A DNA stretch of 63,042 nucleotides, counting the filler, from Globobulimina sp. (taxonomy: Eukaryota): the NCBI GenBank assembly GCA_003354225.1. It is 22 parts of 22 records of this genome, joined end to end, with 100 filler letters (N's around TTAATTAATTAA, not from the genome) between each part and the next. Parts side by side here need not be neighbours in the genome. Positions count along the whole stretch, not along the records: positions 34,453 to 37,222 come from PIVH01004963.1; positions 37,323 to 40,092 come from PIVH01004964.1; positions 40,193 to 42,962 come from PIVH01004965.1; positions 43,063 to 45,832 come from PIVH01004966.1; positions 45,933 to 48,701 come from PIVH01004967.1; 17 more parts are not named here. One strand, written 5' to 3'. Below, piece after piece: positions 34,995-46,944 of this stretch. Under the pieces are notes generated by a model. It ran no database searches and was not told the origin of the DNA. It worked only from the letters and a program-made list of their open reading frames with translations. The number at the start of each line of letters is the position of its first letter. The first letter of the stretch is position 1. The position numbers and the translations under genes were made by a program.

Positions 34995-37136
34995 TTATTG
35001 TATAATATGTCCATTGGCATCGACATCTCCTTTACATTTGGAATACTGATCCAATTTGACGGAGGACTCATCGATGATAACTTGGTGATATTCATTCTTC
35101 AAATTGATGCTCGGCATAATGGTCGGATACCAGTTCCAGTAATCGGCGAAGGACAAGATGGAGGGCACCAAAATGGGCCGAATGATGAAGGTGTCGACGA
35201 GCACTCCGAGCACGAAAATAAAGCCAAATTGGGCGCAGCTCGGAATAGATTCCAGTAAAAAGCCGGCAAACGCCAATGTCATACAAATGCCGGCGGACGA
35301 GATCACCGGACCCGTTGTCGAGATGGCCAATATGATGGACGCTCGCGTCGTGTAATTATATTTCGATCTATATTCAAAGACTCGCGAATATAAAAAAATC
35401 TCATAATCCAAAGCGAGCCCTAACAACAAGGACAGGGACAATATGGGCGTGGCCCAAACCAAACCACCAGACTCGTACAAGCCTTTATAGCCATTGATGT
35501 TGGTCCAATTCAGCCAGCCTTTGTTGTAGACGCCGGTACAAAAGCCGTACACGAACATAATCGGAATCACTATGCACATCAATAAGCGGAAGGGCAGAAA
35601 AAAGGACTTGAAAGCGATGCCAATCAGAATGAAGATCAGCGACAACATCACAACCAAGCATAGCGGCAAGCGGTCATACTCCATCTGCAACAAATCAATC
35701 TGCCAAAACATCTCACTGTGCACATAGATATCCATCGAGTCGCTGTACAACGCGGCTGTGGATTGCATGAAATCGCGCCATTCCTCGGCGTGTTTCTGCG
35801 CAGTGTCACTGAAGGGGTCAAACGAAGGCGTCACCATAATCAATGACGCATTTTGCCCCTCATTCACTGTGCCAGCAAAGCTCTCGAAATATAGCCGATA
35901 AAAGGAGCTGTCGTACTTTTCTTTGTTGTTCACAATCGAATGTATTTGCGATTGGTTGCGGAAACAATTGATTTTCGACACATTGGCCGCGTCGGACACG
36001 AATGCAAACGAAGTCATGTCGGTATTGTTGGTGTAGCCCTTTGCGATCAATGCCTTTCCAAACGAACACATATCATCGAAATAAGCTTGATTCCATATGC
36101 TATGTTGCCCGTTTTTCGCCACACTTAATATCGTAATTGGTTGCAACACGCCGGGCTTGAAATTACTTTTGATTTTGGAATATGCGGAGACCGACGCTGC
36201 CTTGGCCGGAAAGGACAAATCTGGCGACATCGTGGTCTGCCAATCCACCAATTGATACAACACCGGCGACATACACAAATATATCAAAATCGGCAGCAAA
36301 TATTTCCAGGGGAAGGCAGTGACGGTTTGCCCCAATTTGAAATAGAAATTGTTATCCAAACTTTGCTCGTCTCCCAATTCATTCTGACCCGCTGCTAATT
36401 CGTCAATCGAGTCAAGCAAATTCAGCTCGCTTTTGCCTGCATCTCCTTCCTTTTTGCAACAACATTTGAGCCACTTCGGAATGCGTTCGATGTCCGTAAA
36501 GAAATTGGGAAACAGCAATAACAAGGAAGTGGTCACCGTGATGGACACCGTCATACTAAAAAAAACGCCCACGGCGATGGCGTAACTGGCTGAGTCCAAT
36601 CCGCTTCCCGGGAAAAATAAACCAAATCCGATTTCCAACAGAATTAAGATGGAGCCACTTAACACGATCACGTGTCCAGAATATTGCAACATGTCTTTGA
36701 CTGCGTCATCGACGGATAACTTTTTCACTTGAATGCCAGTTATAAATCTGTACAGTGACACGCTTAGAATTATGAATGCAGCGAGAAACTATAAAATCAA
36801 ATACCTGCTCAATAGGAACATCCCGTAATCCACGCAAATGGCCATGGATACAAACAACATAAACGGCGGCGATTCCGGCGATACGTCCATGGCGTTTTGC
36901 GCGATGAGATCGAACAAGGCAAAGGATTGGCAAATCACCATAACGAAGCATAGAAAGGGCAGCAACACCAATTTGTAAGAACCAATCACCGTAATCATAA
37001 ACAGCAACATTACCGGTATGAAGACCATGTCCGTCGAGGTGATGTCTTTGGTGATCACACGAATGCAGTCCTGGCCCATAGTGACCCAGCCCGTTAACTC
37101 GAAGTTGTAATCATTGGCAATGGCGTTGCTGCCCAC
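34995..37136 (-). CDS. MMPL/RND-family membrane transporter, 5'-partial (intron 36748-36804)
   Basis: Two pseudo-repeats with AICVDYGMFLLSR|F and GLALDYEIFLYSRVFE; also TGPVISSAGICM..AFAG and GVLVDTFIIRPILVP. Confidence 0.85.
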
Positions 37137-37816
37137 GAACGTATCCAGAATGTCATTGATGTCGTCTATGAAAGTTTGGATTTGTTTGGAGGTCCAAAGT
37201 GATTATGAATAGCATGATATTGNNNNNNNNNNNNNNNNNNNNNNNNNNNNNNNNNNNNNNNNNNNNTTAATTAATTAANNNNNNNNNNNNNNNNNNNNNN
37301 NNNNNNNNNNNNNNNNNNNNNNCATCAGAATCATTGAGAAGCGGTTTTGATACATTATTATTTGTGGCGAATTCTAATTAAAAAAAGTGCAGATGTATAA
37401 ATTCTAGCTATACATTATGGTCTTAACGTTGTGTAACATGAGTATTATTATACAATGCATTTGAATGTGAACAAAATGCAACAATAACAAATAACAACCA
37501 TTTGGATATCTCAACCATTGTTTTTTTTAACATTTATAAAGATGACGACTTTTTTTAGCACACTCAACAATTTTATATATCCACACTCAACAAAGGTGCT
37601 ACAAATAACAATTTTGTATCTCATTCGTTGTTTTTTACCAGTTTAAGCTGATGCACTTAGACAATTTGTACATGTTTATGGTCAAAGAACGTTTTTCAAA
37701 ATGTATTGTCCCTGGTGTGCGAGGATAATCTAAAAACGCAGGTACGGGGAATTTATATAATTATAAAAAATATAACTGTGTATTATTAATTAAGAAAAAT
37801 ATTTTACAAAAGCAGA

Positions 37817-39154
37817 TCATGCTAAGGTCATTTTATACATTCCCACCGAATTTGAGGCAATGTTGTCACCAAAATACGCTTTATATGTACCTAAATCTGT
37901 ATGATTTAATAAATTCCTCACCTTAAATGATGTCGAATTACTCCATCCACTCACAAATGATGGCACTAAAAATGTCTGAAATCCAATAGCTGCCCTCGAC
38001 GCTGCTGTATTTTGCAAGACCACAGCAATTGATTTAGTATCAGCTAATTCTCGCATCCATATAACTTGCGATGAATCCCCATTCATCCAAATATATCCAC
38101 CTTGCTTACCCAACGCATCCTGATTAATATCAATAACCTCTTTATTCAATAATAACGTCCTCGAAGCTGCCGATATTGATCGTAAATCATTCGACATCAA
38201 CAAAGGTGCTGCAAATATCGCCCAAAGCGCAAATTGAGTCTCTTTAAAATTTATATATTTTTTTCGTATATACGATAAATATAAATATATAACAATCATA
38301 TAACATGTACATATACCTTGCATTCCCATCGTCAATCCGGCATCACCCACAATAATCATATCGGGATCATTCCAGTTGCCCGGTCCCGCAACATTTAAAA
38401 ATGGAGTTGAAGCATATTTGTTATAATCTCGTCTCCAATATTTGACAATGCTCATTATGGAGGAAAAGGAGTCTTGAATATCACCATAATTCCGCCATAA
38501 ATTGCAATTTGCGGCCAATGCTTGCATGGTCGTATGGTAAACGGGAGGATTAGTCTCGCCGTGACCGGATATATACGCTGGCCATGAACCGGAATAAATA
38601 ATTTTTCTTGATGTATGATTCAAAGCATTTCCAAATTCTGGATAGGTTTGGTACATTTGAGAGGTCTGAGCATAGCATCCATCGATTTTAATCATATCGA
38701 TATCCCACGACGCGAATTGATTTGCATCCTTTACGTAATTGCCATCGATTCCGGTATATCCACCGCACGTTTTGGTGCCGATATCATTGTATAAACCCAA
38801 TTTTAATCCTAAATTATGGACATAATCAGCAACGCCTTTAATTCCACCAGGAAATCGTTTCGGATCTGGTACTTGTTCACCCGCAGCATTTCTGGTTTTG
38901 GTACTCCAACAATCATCAATATTGATAAAGTTATAACCCACCGCTTTATATCCGTCATTTGCCATATGATCGGCCATTTCTTCATATAATTTATTATTTA
39001 TACAGGTCGTTGGATGATTGGTACAATCCGTTTGGCATCGGAATGCCTCCCAACTTAGCCATCCCATTGGCGGAGTGCGAGCTAAACCATTATTGATACT
39101 CTCTGTGTAAGAAATGAAACAAAGAAAGGAGATCAAAGTTGAAAGTGGTGACAT
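37817..39154 (-). CDS. GH27 alpha-galactosidase/alpha-N-acetylgalactosaminidase with signal peptide (75-nt intron 38242-38316)
   Basis: NNGLARTPPMGWLSWE, INIDDCW, DMIKIDGCY, CNLWRNYGDI, GPGNWNDPDM, APLLMSNDLR, INQDALG. Confidence 0.93.
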   Translation of the reverse strand: MSPLSTLISFLCFISYTESINNGLARTPPMGWLSWEAFRCQTDCTNHPTTCINNKLYEEMADHMANDGYKAVGYNFINIDDCWSTKTRNAAGEQVPDPKRFPGGIKGVADYVHNLGLKLGLYNDIGTKTCGGYTGIDGNYVKDANQFASWDIDMIKIDGCYAQTSQMYQTYPEFGNALNHTSRKIIYSGSWPAYISGHGETNPPVYHTTMQALAANCNLWRNYGDIQDSFSSIMSIVKYWRRDYNKYASTPFLNVAGPGNWNDPDMIIVGDAGLTMGMQGICTCYMIVIYLYLSYIRKKYINFKETQFALWAIFAAPLLMSNDLRSISAASRTLLLNKEVIDINQDALGKQGGYIWMNGDSSQVIWMRELADTKSIAVVLQNTAASRAAIGFQTFLVPSFVSGWSNSTSFKVRNLLNHTDLGTYKAYFGDNIASNSVGMYKMTLA

Positions 39155-39271
39155 GACTAGAAAGGTTTTGGGATAAAGGATTTGTATTTATATAAAAAAC
39201 TTTTTTGAAGTGGTCCTCATTGTTGCCTTCCCTTTGTTGCCTTCACTTTGTCTCTGGTTCGTTCATTAAAA

Positions 39272-39577
39272 ATGGGTATCAAATGTTGTCGCCCATCAGT
39301 GGCAAGTACCGATTATGATAATAACATTACGAAACGTGATGAGATACTTCAACAAAACAGACAATATGTCATTGTAAACAGACATCAAACCGAAAGTCAA
39401 GATAAAAAACTAATTGCACGCTTAAATAACATAATAAATGATCTATCACAAAAAATGCAGGAACAAGAAACAACGATTAAAACTATAAAAAATCAGTTAA
39501 TTGAATCGAAATTATTAAATGATATATATATCGCATTGGGTAAACAAATTAGATACTTCAGAATAGGACGTGTTTAG
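39272..39577 (+). CDS. Hypothetical coiled-coil protein (may continue in downstream exons)
   Basis: Short ORF with heptad-like composition; no recognisable family. Confidence 0.3.
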   Translation: MGIKCCRPSVASTDYDNNITKRDEILQQNRQYVIVNRHQTESQDKKLIARLNNIINDLSQKMQEQETTIKTIKNQLIESKLLNDIYIALGKQIRYFRIGRV

Positions 39578-40192
39578 AATATTCGAAATGATACAAACAG
39601 GCAGTGTTTCAAAAACGAAATGTTTTGAATGCAAACTGTAATTTTAAAAACAATGTGTTTCAGACAGGTCCTATTCAGACAGGTTCAAATGTACTACTTT
39701 ACAAACTCAGAAATATTGAAGTTTATCCAATGCGATATGTCGTTTTTAAATTATATCTGATGCAGTTTTCTATTGTATAAATTGTATAAATGGCATACAT
39801 AGATTAACGTTACAAGATGGAAAGAAGACAAGTTCTCAATGTGATGGAGAAGAGGTTACGACATTATATTTACGCACTTCATTCGAGGAAACCACAACAA
39901 AGAAAGACACCAAATCATTTACAATGCGTCATTACGCCCCATTGATGGATTCAAGCGATAGTAATTAAATACAAATACATTAATATTGTTTGGTGAATTT
40001 GCCATTTAATTTCTTTCGTTTGTGTTTCTGCGCTGACAGTGCTGGCCTTCTCTTTTTTTCTGATGGGTTTCTCTATATATGTACGTACGTTTNNNNNNNN
40101 NNNNNNNNNNNNNNNNNNNNNNNNNNNNNNNNNNNNTTAATTAATTAANNNNNNNNNNNNNNNNNNNNNNNNNNNNNNNNNNNNNNNNNNNN

Positions 40193-41699
40193 GTATAAAT
40201 CACTGTCAAATTGCGTTTGTGCTCTGCCTCGAACTGTATATCACAAATTGATTTAATATCAGATTTCATCCATTTATGCGACAGTGCTTGTTTTATAGAT
40301 AAACGTTTGTGGACGTTTCGATTTAATAATTTACCAACAAAATCCTTACATTCTTCACTTAGAATTAGTACCACAATCATTAAACAATAGAATTTATCTG
40401 CAGTTAGGATAGGAAACAATGCATATATTATTCAGAAACAATCATAAATGACAAGTGTTTTTATAATTGCTTCTGCATAAATATGAATAACATAAATTCC
40501 ATTATTTAATTCCGGTACTACCAGTACCTTAAATTAATATTTTCTGGCCAAGCATTTTGCAAATAGTTATCATTAAAAACACATATTTTCTTCCAAATTT
40601 CAGTCGCATTATTCCCACCAAACAGCGTTTTACCAGCCATGATTAAGAAAGACACACAGCCGATACTCCACGAATCGCCTTTCTTTAATTCCAATCCCGA
40701 GCGTGATCGATGGAATTCAGGCGGGACAAAACTTGTCGTACCAACCTGTTTAAACGCATAGACTTTCTCGTTGTTTTCAATAATTTCAGACTGCCCAAAG
40801 TCAATTATTTTCAGACGCCCATCCGCTGCAAATACGATATTATTTGGTTTCAGGTCTCTATGTGCAATATTTTTGTCGTGCATAATATCCACTGCACTCA
40901 ATATCCATTTTATGTATTTCCGGCCGTGCTGTTCGCTAAAATGATGAGAAGATATTATTTTATTTAATAATGAGCCATCGCTGCAATATTCCATCACAAT
41001 GTAATACGAGGTATCATCCATATAAATATCAAAAATTTCGACAATTCCAGCACTGCTTTTTAATATATTTAATATCCTAATTTCCAATAAGAATAAACGA
41101 TGATTGCTTTCATTATTTATCAATAGCTCCTTCATGGCGTAGTGTTGTGTGGTGATAATATTTTCGACCAATAAGACCCGTGAACTCGCGCCGGTTCCTA
41201 ACTGTTTTATATATTTATAAATTGAGCTGATTTTGGAAACTCTATTTTTTAAAGGGATTTTTGCTTGAGCCAATTCAGCGAAACTTGCCACATTGCTGTC
41301 ACATCTGAGCCTATATTGATGTTTAATAACTTTTGCAATTGGTGCTGTATTTTGATGTATGTTGGCATAATAACCATAATATGGATCCACACCATTATTA
41401 TTATTATTGTTGTTGTGCTGTTCTTGTGGATTGTCTTCAATCTGTTGATAATATGGTGTGGCGTCGGTTTGTGTCGCTGATGGGGACAATGGTGCAGATG
41501 CATGCATCATTACGTTTGAATTTGATGCGGTTGGCGTGTCTGGAGTTGTTGGTACTGCATTGCTATAGTTGTTTGGTGGCGGGGTCACAACACCTTGGTG
41601 GTTTACAGGTATTGGACTTGTGTGCGGAGGTTTTAGTTTTGTAACTTTTGTAACTTTTGTAACTTTTGTTGATGCGAACCCTGAATGTGAATGGCCCAT
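40193..41699 (-). CDS. CAMK/CDPK-like Ser/Thr protein kinase, 3'-partial (intron 40358-40527)
   Basis: LGTGASSRV, YAMK, HRDLKPNN, DFG, GTTSFVPPE, DSWSIG; splices to SEECKDFV..KRLSIKQALSHKW. N-terminal MGxxxS myristoylation-like motif. Confidence 0.9.
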
Positions 41700-41792
41700 T
41701 ATCTAAAAGTATATAATCAAACACTTAAAAACTATTTTCGTTTAAATTTTTGAACCATGTCACAACTTACTTTGTTGCAAAAGATGAAGAAA

Positions 41793-42962
41793 TCATTGCT
41801 TAGGAGTCAAACTAGCGTATATTCGTTTTATTTCGTCAAATTCGAGTTGTTGTTTCATGCCCGGCACATTCCATACACATTCAAATGGATTATACATTAA
41901 TTTTAAAATAATACATTGATCCTTACCATTTATAAATTGATTTAAATCAATCTCCAAACCAGGTTCTTTATAATGACCAACAAATCCGACCACCAATTTA
42001 AAGTCCGATTCTTTCTTTTCATCGCTATCCACATCCATATCAATATCAAATAAGGCATTTTGCAATGTTTTATCACCATCCTTTGGAATTTTTTCGCATA
42101 CATTTTCCCCACATTTCAGCCCAATTTTAGCCAATATATCATGCCCAATGCCATCGCGTGCAATGCCCATTACATTCATTGTATTCCCCACAATATCAAT
42201 CTTAACATATCTCTGTAACCTCCATTCAGGTATATCCATATCTAATTTCTTCATAACCTGTCTCATGATATCATCCGTTTTACCATGAATCCTCAACTTA
42301 CTATATTTGTCCACCTCTGTTTTTTGTATATTAACAATGCAGAATATGCCATTTTTATTTTTTTTCCCAACATCAGCAGCATAGTCCCTTGCCGGTGTAA
42401 CCGATAACGAAGACCCTAAAGCTAAGCAAAAATCTGCTTTTTTACTATTTACCTCTGCAAAATGCAATATTTCATCACTTAAATATTCACCAAAATTAAT
42501 AATCGTATCGAATAACTCGCCGTTACAATCTGTTTTTGCGCAATATCGGGTTGAAAAATGATTCCTTCTCGAAAACGGTTTGTTTTCTTGCCCCATTTTT
42601 GTATCCCAGTCTTTTTTTGAGCCAATGGACAATGAATGTTGTTTGGCTTTAAATTTATTCCGCGTTCTATAATCGCGTAAATATTGATGTCCACATTTAC
42701 CACAAATCTCCAGGTTTGAGTTTCCATGCAATTCTGCTAACTTCTCAAGTGGGAAACCACTACGACGATGTAAGCCGTCTGTATTTTGCGATAAAAGACA
42801 TTTTAAATAACCTCGTTGTGCCAAGGCAACCAATGACATGTGTGTGGCGGTAGGGATTGCTTTCAATGTTGATTTCTTACCTTTTACTTTGCTATCATCA
42901 TATTTTAGTCCTTGTTTCTTCGCTGCACCTTTTGCCCATTTACCAGCACCGGTATCTAATGT
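41793..42962 (-). CDS. Class IV sirtuin (SIRT6/7-like), 5'-partial
   Basis: PTATHM, SQNTDGLHRRSG, LAELHGN, CxxC, DTIINFGE, LGSSLSVTPA, IVNIQKT. Confidence 0.88.
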   Translation of the reverse strand, partial: TLDTGAGKWAKGAAKKQGLKYDDSKVKGKKSTLKAIPTATHMSLVALAQRGYLKCLLSQNTDGLHRRSGFPLEKLAELHGNSNLEICGKCGHQYLRDYRTRNKFKAKQHSLSIGSKKDWDTKMGQENKPFSRRNHFSTRYCAKTDCNGELFDTIINFGEYLSDEILHFAEVNSKKADFCLALGSSLSVTPARDYAADVGKKNKNGIFCIVNIQKTEVDKYSKLRIHGKTDDIMRQVMKKLDMDIPEWRLQRYVKIDIVGNTMNVMGIARDGIGHDILAKIGLKCGENVCEKIPKDGDKTLQNALFDIDMDVDSDEKKESDFKLVVGFVGHYKEPGLEIDLNQFINGKDQCIILKLMYNPFECVWNVPGMKQQLEFDEIKRIYASLTPKQ

Positions 42963-43411
42963 NNNNNNNNNNNNNNNNNNNNNNNNNNNNNNNNNNNNNN
43001 NNNNNNTTAATTAATTAANNNNNNNNNNNNNNNNNNNNNNNNNNNNNNNNNNNNNNNNNNNNACTATGCCTTATTGGAAAATTACAGATGATATAAGTGA
43101 TTACCAATAAACGCATTAATTTTGATATTATTGGTTATTAAGCATCCATTAATTGTTCATATTAAACTTTTTTGGGGGAAACATTGAGAATTTGGATGGT
43201 GAATTTCATTTAGTACATGTTCCTGTAAATAAAATGTTGCTAATTTTGAACAACAACAAAATTTATTGAACAACAGACCTTACTCCGTCTCCATTGCCTA
43301 TGCATATGTAAGCAATATTATTATGTTTTGACTAGTGGTGGTTTGGATAAATGAAATTACTTTTTTCCGGAATTCCGAACTTTTTACACCACTTAAAAAC
43401 AGCCGAAACAA

Positions 43412-45589
43412 ATGGAACTTGGTTCGTCAATTAACAACTTGGATAACCACCAATGCCCCAAATGCAATGTTAAGATACCTAAGGTCCTAAATAAGTGATG
43501 TGTCGCTCAATAAACTCAAACAACAAAAGTGGAGCTTCATGAATCGTATCCCACGTACTTTAGATTGCCGACATGCATTTTATTTTTGTGAGAATTGTTT
43601 AAAATCGAGACAAAACGTCGAGTGCGCGATATGTCGCGGAATCACCATTATTAAACAAATATTGTCCCCAAGAAGTATTTCAAAAAACTCCTCTCTGTCA
43701 TCATCATTTTTATCCTTCTCTCAGGATTATCGTAGTAACAACGACACAAATGAATCAATATTGCAATTTGCTACGTTACCAACACAGATATTGTCCAAAC
43801 AGAACAGTCCAAAGCACCAACCCTTTCATAAATTGTTTACTTCGCCATTAAAGCACTACAAACACCACAATCGATTTAGTGCATCGTCGGAACCGCTTAA
43901 AAAGTCATATTCGCAAAATAACAAAATGCAATTTGAATATGACCAAATTATCAATATACAAAAAGAAATCGTTTCATTGAACAATGAGCTAAAACCTGAT
44001 GAAAACAATGAGAATCACATTACGAATGAAGTTAATTTTGTGAAAAAACAAGTTGTCGAATTATTGATTGAGAAAGAAAAATTAATCAAGAAATGCAATG
44101 ACATGGTATGAATATATTAGTATTTGCATTATATGAATACACTTAAAAACAAATGAAATAAAAACAGAATCAAGAAATTACCAAATTAAGTGAAGAAAAT
44201 ATAAAATTAAACCAACAAAATACCCAACAAAAACAAGATATAATCGCTCTGCAGAATAAATATAAAACCTTGCAGTCGCAAAACAAAACAATCTCGAAAC
44301 GCAATTTTAAAAAATTAAAGTCAGAATGCCATTCATTATCAAATGATGTGAAAAATTATAAACACTGTTTATCTGAAAATATTTGCAAATCATTTAAACA
44401 TTTTTTGAATTCTGAAATGAATGAAATGTTAAATAGGTCGAAACAATCACTCATTGAATACAACAAAGAAGTTTTGCTTCGGAGAAAATATTTTAATCAA
44501 ATTCAAGATTTGAAAGGTAACATCAGAGTATTTTGCAGAATTCGGCCATTGTTAAACCACGAAATACGAAATAATTTAAAAATGAGCGTGCATTCAATGA
44601 CTAATTTCAGTGTTTATGTTGAAAAAAATAAAGAAAATCAGACACCAAATAAAGATCACAAAAAAAGATTTGAATTTGATCGCGTTTTTTCAATGAAATC
44701 GACGCAAGACGAGGTATTTAGTGATGTTAAAGAATTAATTATATCCATATTAGACGGCTACAATGTGTGTATATTTGCGTACGGTCAGACTGGTTCAGGC
44801 AAAACATACACGATGGAAGGCATAAACAATAGAGCTATGAATCAATTATTTAATAGCATACAACAACGGGGATTAAATTATAAATATACAATGAAACTAA
44901 ATATGGTTGAAATTTATAATGAAAAAATTAAAGATTTATTAGCACCGACATCGAAATATAATTATACCAATGCATTGGAAAAAGATTTAAAACTCAGAGC
45001 ACGTCCAACTTATTTAAAAATCCGTGGTAATGCCAAGACGGGGCTTCATATCAATAATTTATCGCAATTCGATTGTGAAAATATCAACGATGTATACAGC
45101 GCATTGGATGTTGGATATAAAAACCGTGCGTTTGGCATAACAGATATGAATAAACATAGTTCGCGGTCGCATTGTATACTGACTATCAATGTGGAAGGCG
45201 TACATTTTAAATCAAAAAACACGTATTTATCCAAATTGAATTTAATTGACCTGGCTGGCTGTGAACGCGTAAAGTTGTCGAAAGCAAAAGGAAATACAAT
45301 GAAAGAAGCACAGTGTATCAATAAATCGCTGTCGTGTTTAGGAAATGTTTTGGAGTCAATCAAATTAAAAAAACAATATATACCGTATCGCGATTCAAAA
45401 TTAACGTATTTGTTAAAAGATTCTATTGGGAATTCCGCAAAAACCTTAATGTTTGTAAATGTGTCGTCGTGCGACAGAGATATTGATCAAACATTAACTT
45501 CATTATTATTTGCAAACAGAATACGAAATGTATGTTTAGGGAAAAGTATTAAAAATCAATCCAAAAATTTCAAATCATTGTCATCTTGA
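43412..45589 (+). CDS. Kinesin-14 (C-terminal motor) with N-terminal RING finger and coiled coil (introns 43484-43529 and 44106-44167)
   Basis: Neck RRKYFNQIQDLKGNIRVFCRIRP; IFAYGQTGSGKTYTM, NKHSSRSH, LIDLAGCER, YIPYRDSKLT. Spliced N-terminus CPKC..RIPRTLDCRH..CENC..CAICR. Confidence 0.88.
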
Positions 45590-45932
45590 TATAGACAAAT
45601 TTTTTTGTGTGGAACATAATTTGTGAGTTCTATTATTTGCCTTTGATTGATTGGAATGGCTGACAATCCAAACATCTTTCAGGATAAATAAAAATTGAAG
45701 TTTTTTTTTAAGCAATCATGTCAGCATCACAGTCACTTAAATTGCAAGACCACAGCCACCCATCATTAATGGTTTGACTTTTGCTGTATTTCCGCGCGAT
45801 GCAATCCCAAAATTGTACTCGTTGCTGCATAGNNNNNNNNNNNNNNNNNNNNNNNNNNNNNNNNNNNNNNNNNNNNTTAATTAATTAANNNNNNNNNNNN
45901 NNNNNNNNNNNNNNNNNNNNNNNNNNNNNNNN

Positions 45933-46944
45933 GCAGGTTCTCGACCGGTGCGGGAAAAAGCCCCAAGACCATCGGCATCCACCACCACCGGCAAAACAAG
46001 GTTGGCCAGAAAGTCCACCACCCAGTTGTCGGTTTCTGGGAATGAATCCAGGCCGGGCCCCAGAACCACCGATTGTTGCTGGTCAAGAAGCTTGTCCATC
46101 ATGGTCGGCGAAACCGGCTCGATGGTGCCCGCTTCGGTGGTGGCCAGCCCCACGGTCACCGCCTCGGGCAAACCAACCCGCATCGTTTCGACCAACTCCA
46201 TGGGCACCGCCATTTTCACCAGACCGGCTCCGGAACGCAGAGCGCCCATGCCCGCCAGATGCGCCGCGCCGCCATAAGCCCGGCTGCCGGCCAGGACCAT
46301 CAGACGCCCGAAATCGTACTTGTGTCCGTGGGTAGATCGAGGGGGCAGCAAACCCAGGTATTCTCTCCCGGAAAGCCAATGGTGATCGGGACTGTTTTTG
46401 CGACAAATTTCATCGGGGAAACCAATATCGACAACTTCCAGGTCACCGACGAAATCACGGCCCGGAGCCAACAAAAGACCACGTTTGGGCAATCCCACGG
46501 TAATTGTCAGGTCGGCTGCCAGCGCCACCGGATCGACCTGACCATCATCGCCCCCCACTCCCGAGGGAATATCCAGAGCCACCGTTGGAACCCCAGAATC
46601 ATTGATTGCGGTGATCAGATCTGCATAGGGGCCCCGTAATGGAGGAGTGATGCCCGTGCCGAAGATGGCGTCCACCACCACCACTGCCTCCTGGAGCAAA
46701 GGGTTCAACGCCCCCAACCAGTGGTTTTTTGGTGGATGAAGCAGGTCGACCCGCCCCGGAAGGCGGTCGTAATTGGCAGCCGCGTCGCTTTTCAGTTCCT
46801 GGCGGTCGGCTAGCATCAACACTCCCACCCCGCGGCCTGCCTCGCACAGCAACCGGGCCATCACCAGACCATCTCCGCCATTGTTACCTTTGCCGCAAAT
46901 GATGAGAATGGATCCCGATTCGATTTCGGCCATATAATCCAGGA
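45933..46944 (-). CDS. nnr: Bacterial bifunctional NAD(P)HX epimerase/dehydratase fragment (YjeF/Nnr)
   Basis: CGKGNNGGDG, VDAIFGTG, ALDIPSG, HK..FG..LAGS..Y.GAA..ALRSGAGLV, LGPGL, VVDADGL. Markedly GC-rich and intronless, unlike the rest of the window. Confidence 0.9.

Noticed and set aside
45948-46847. Multiple overlapping ORFs in the GC-rich segment
   Set aside because: These are expected spurious frames in GC-rich DNA; only the nnr frame has family motifs.
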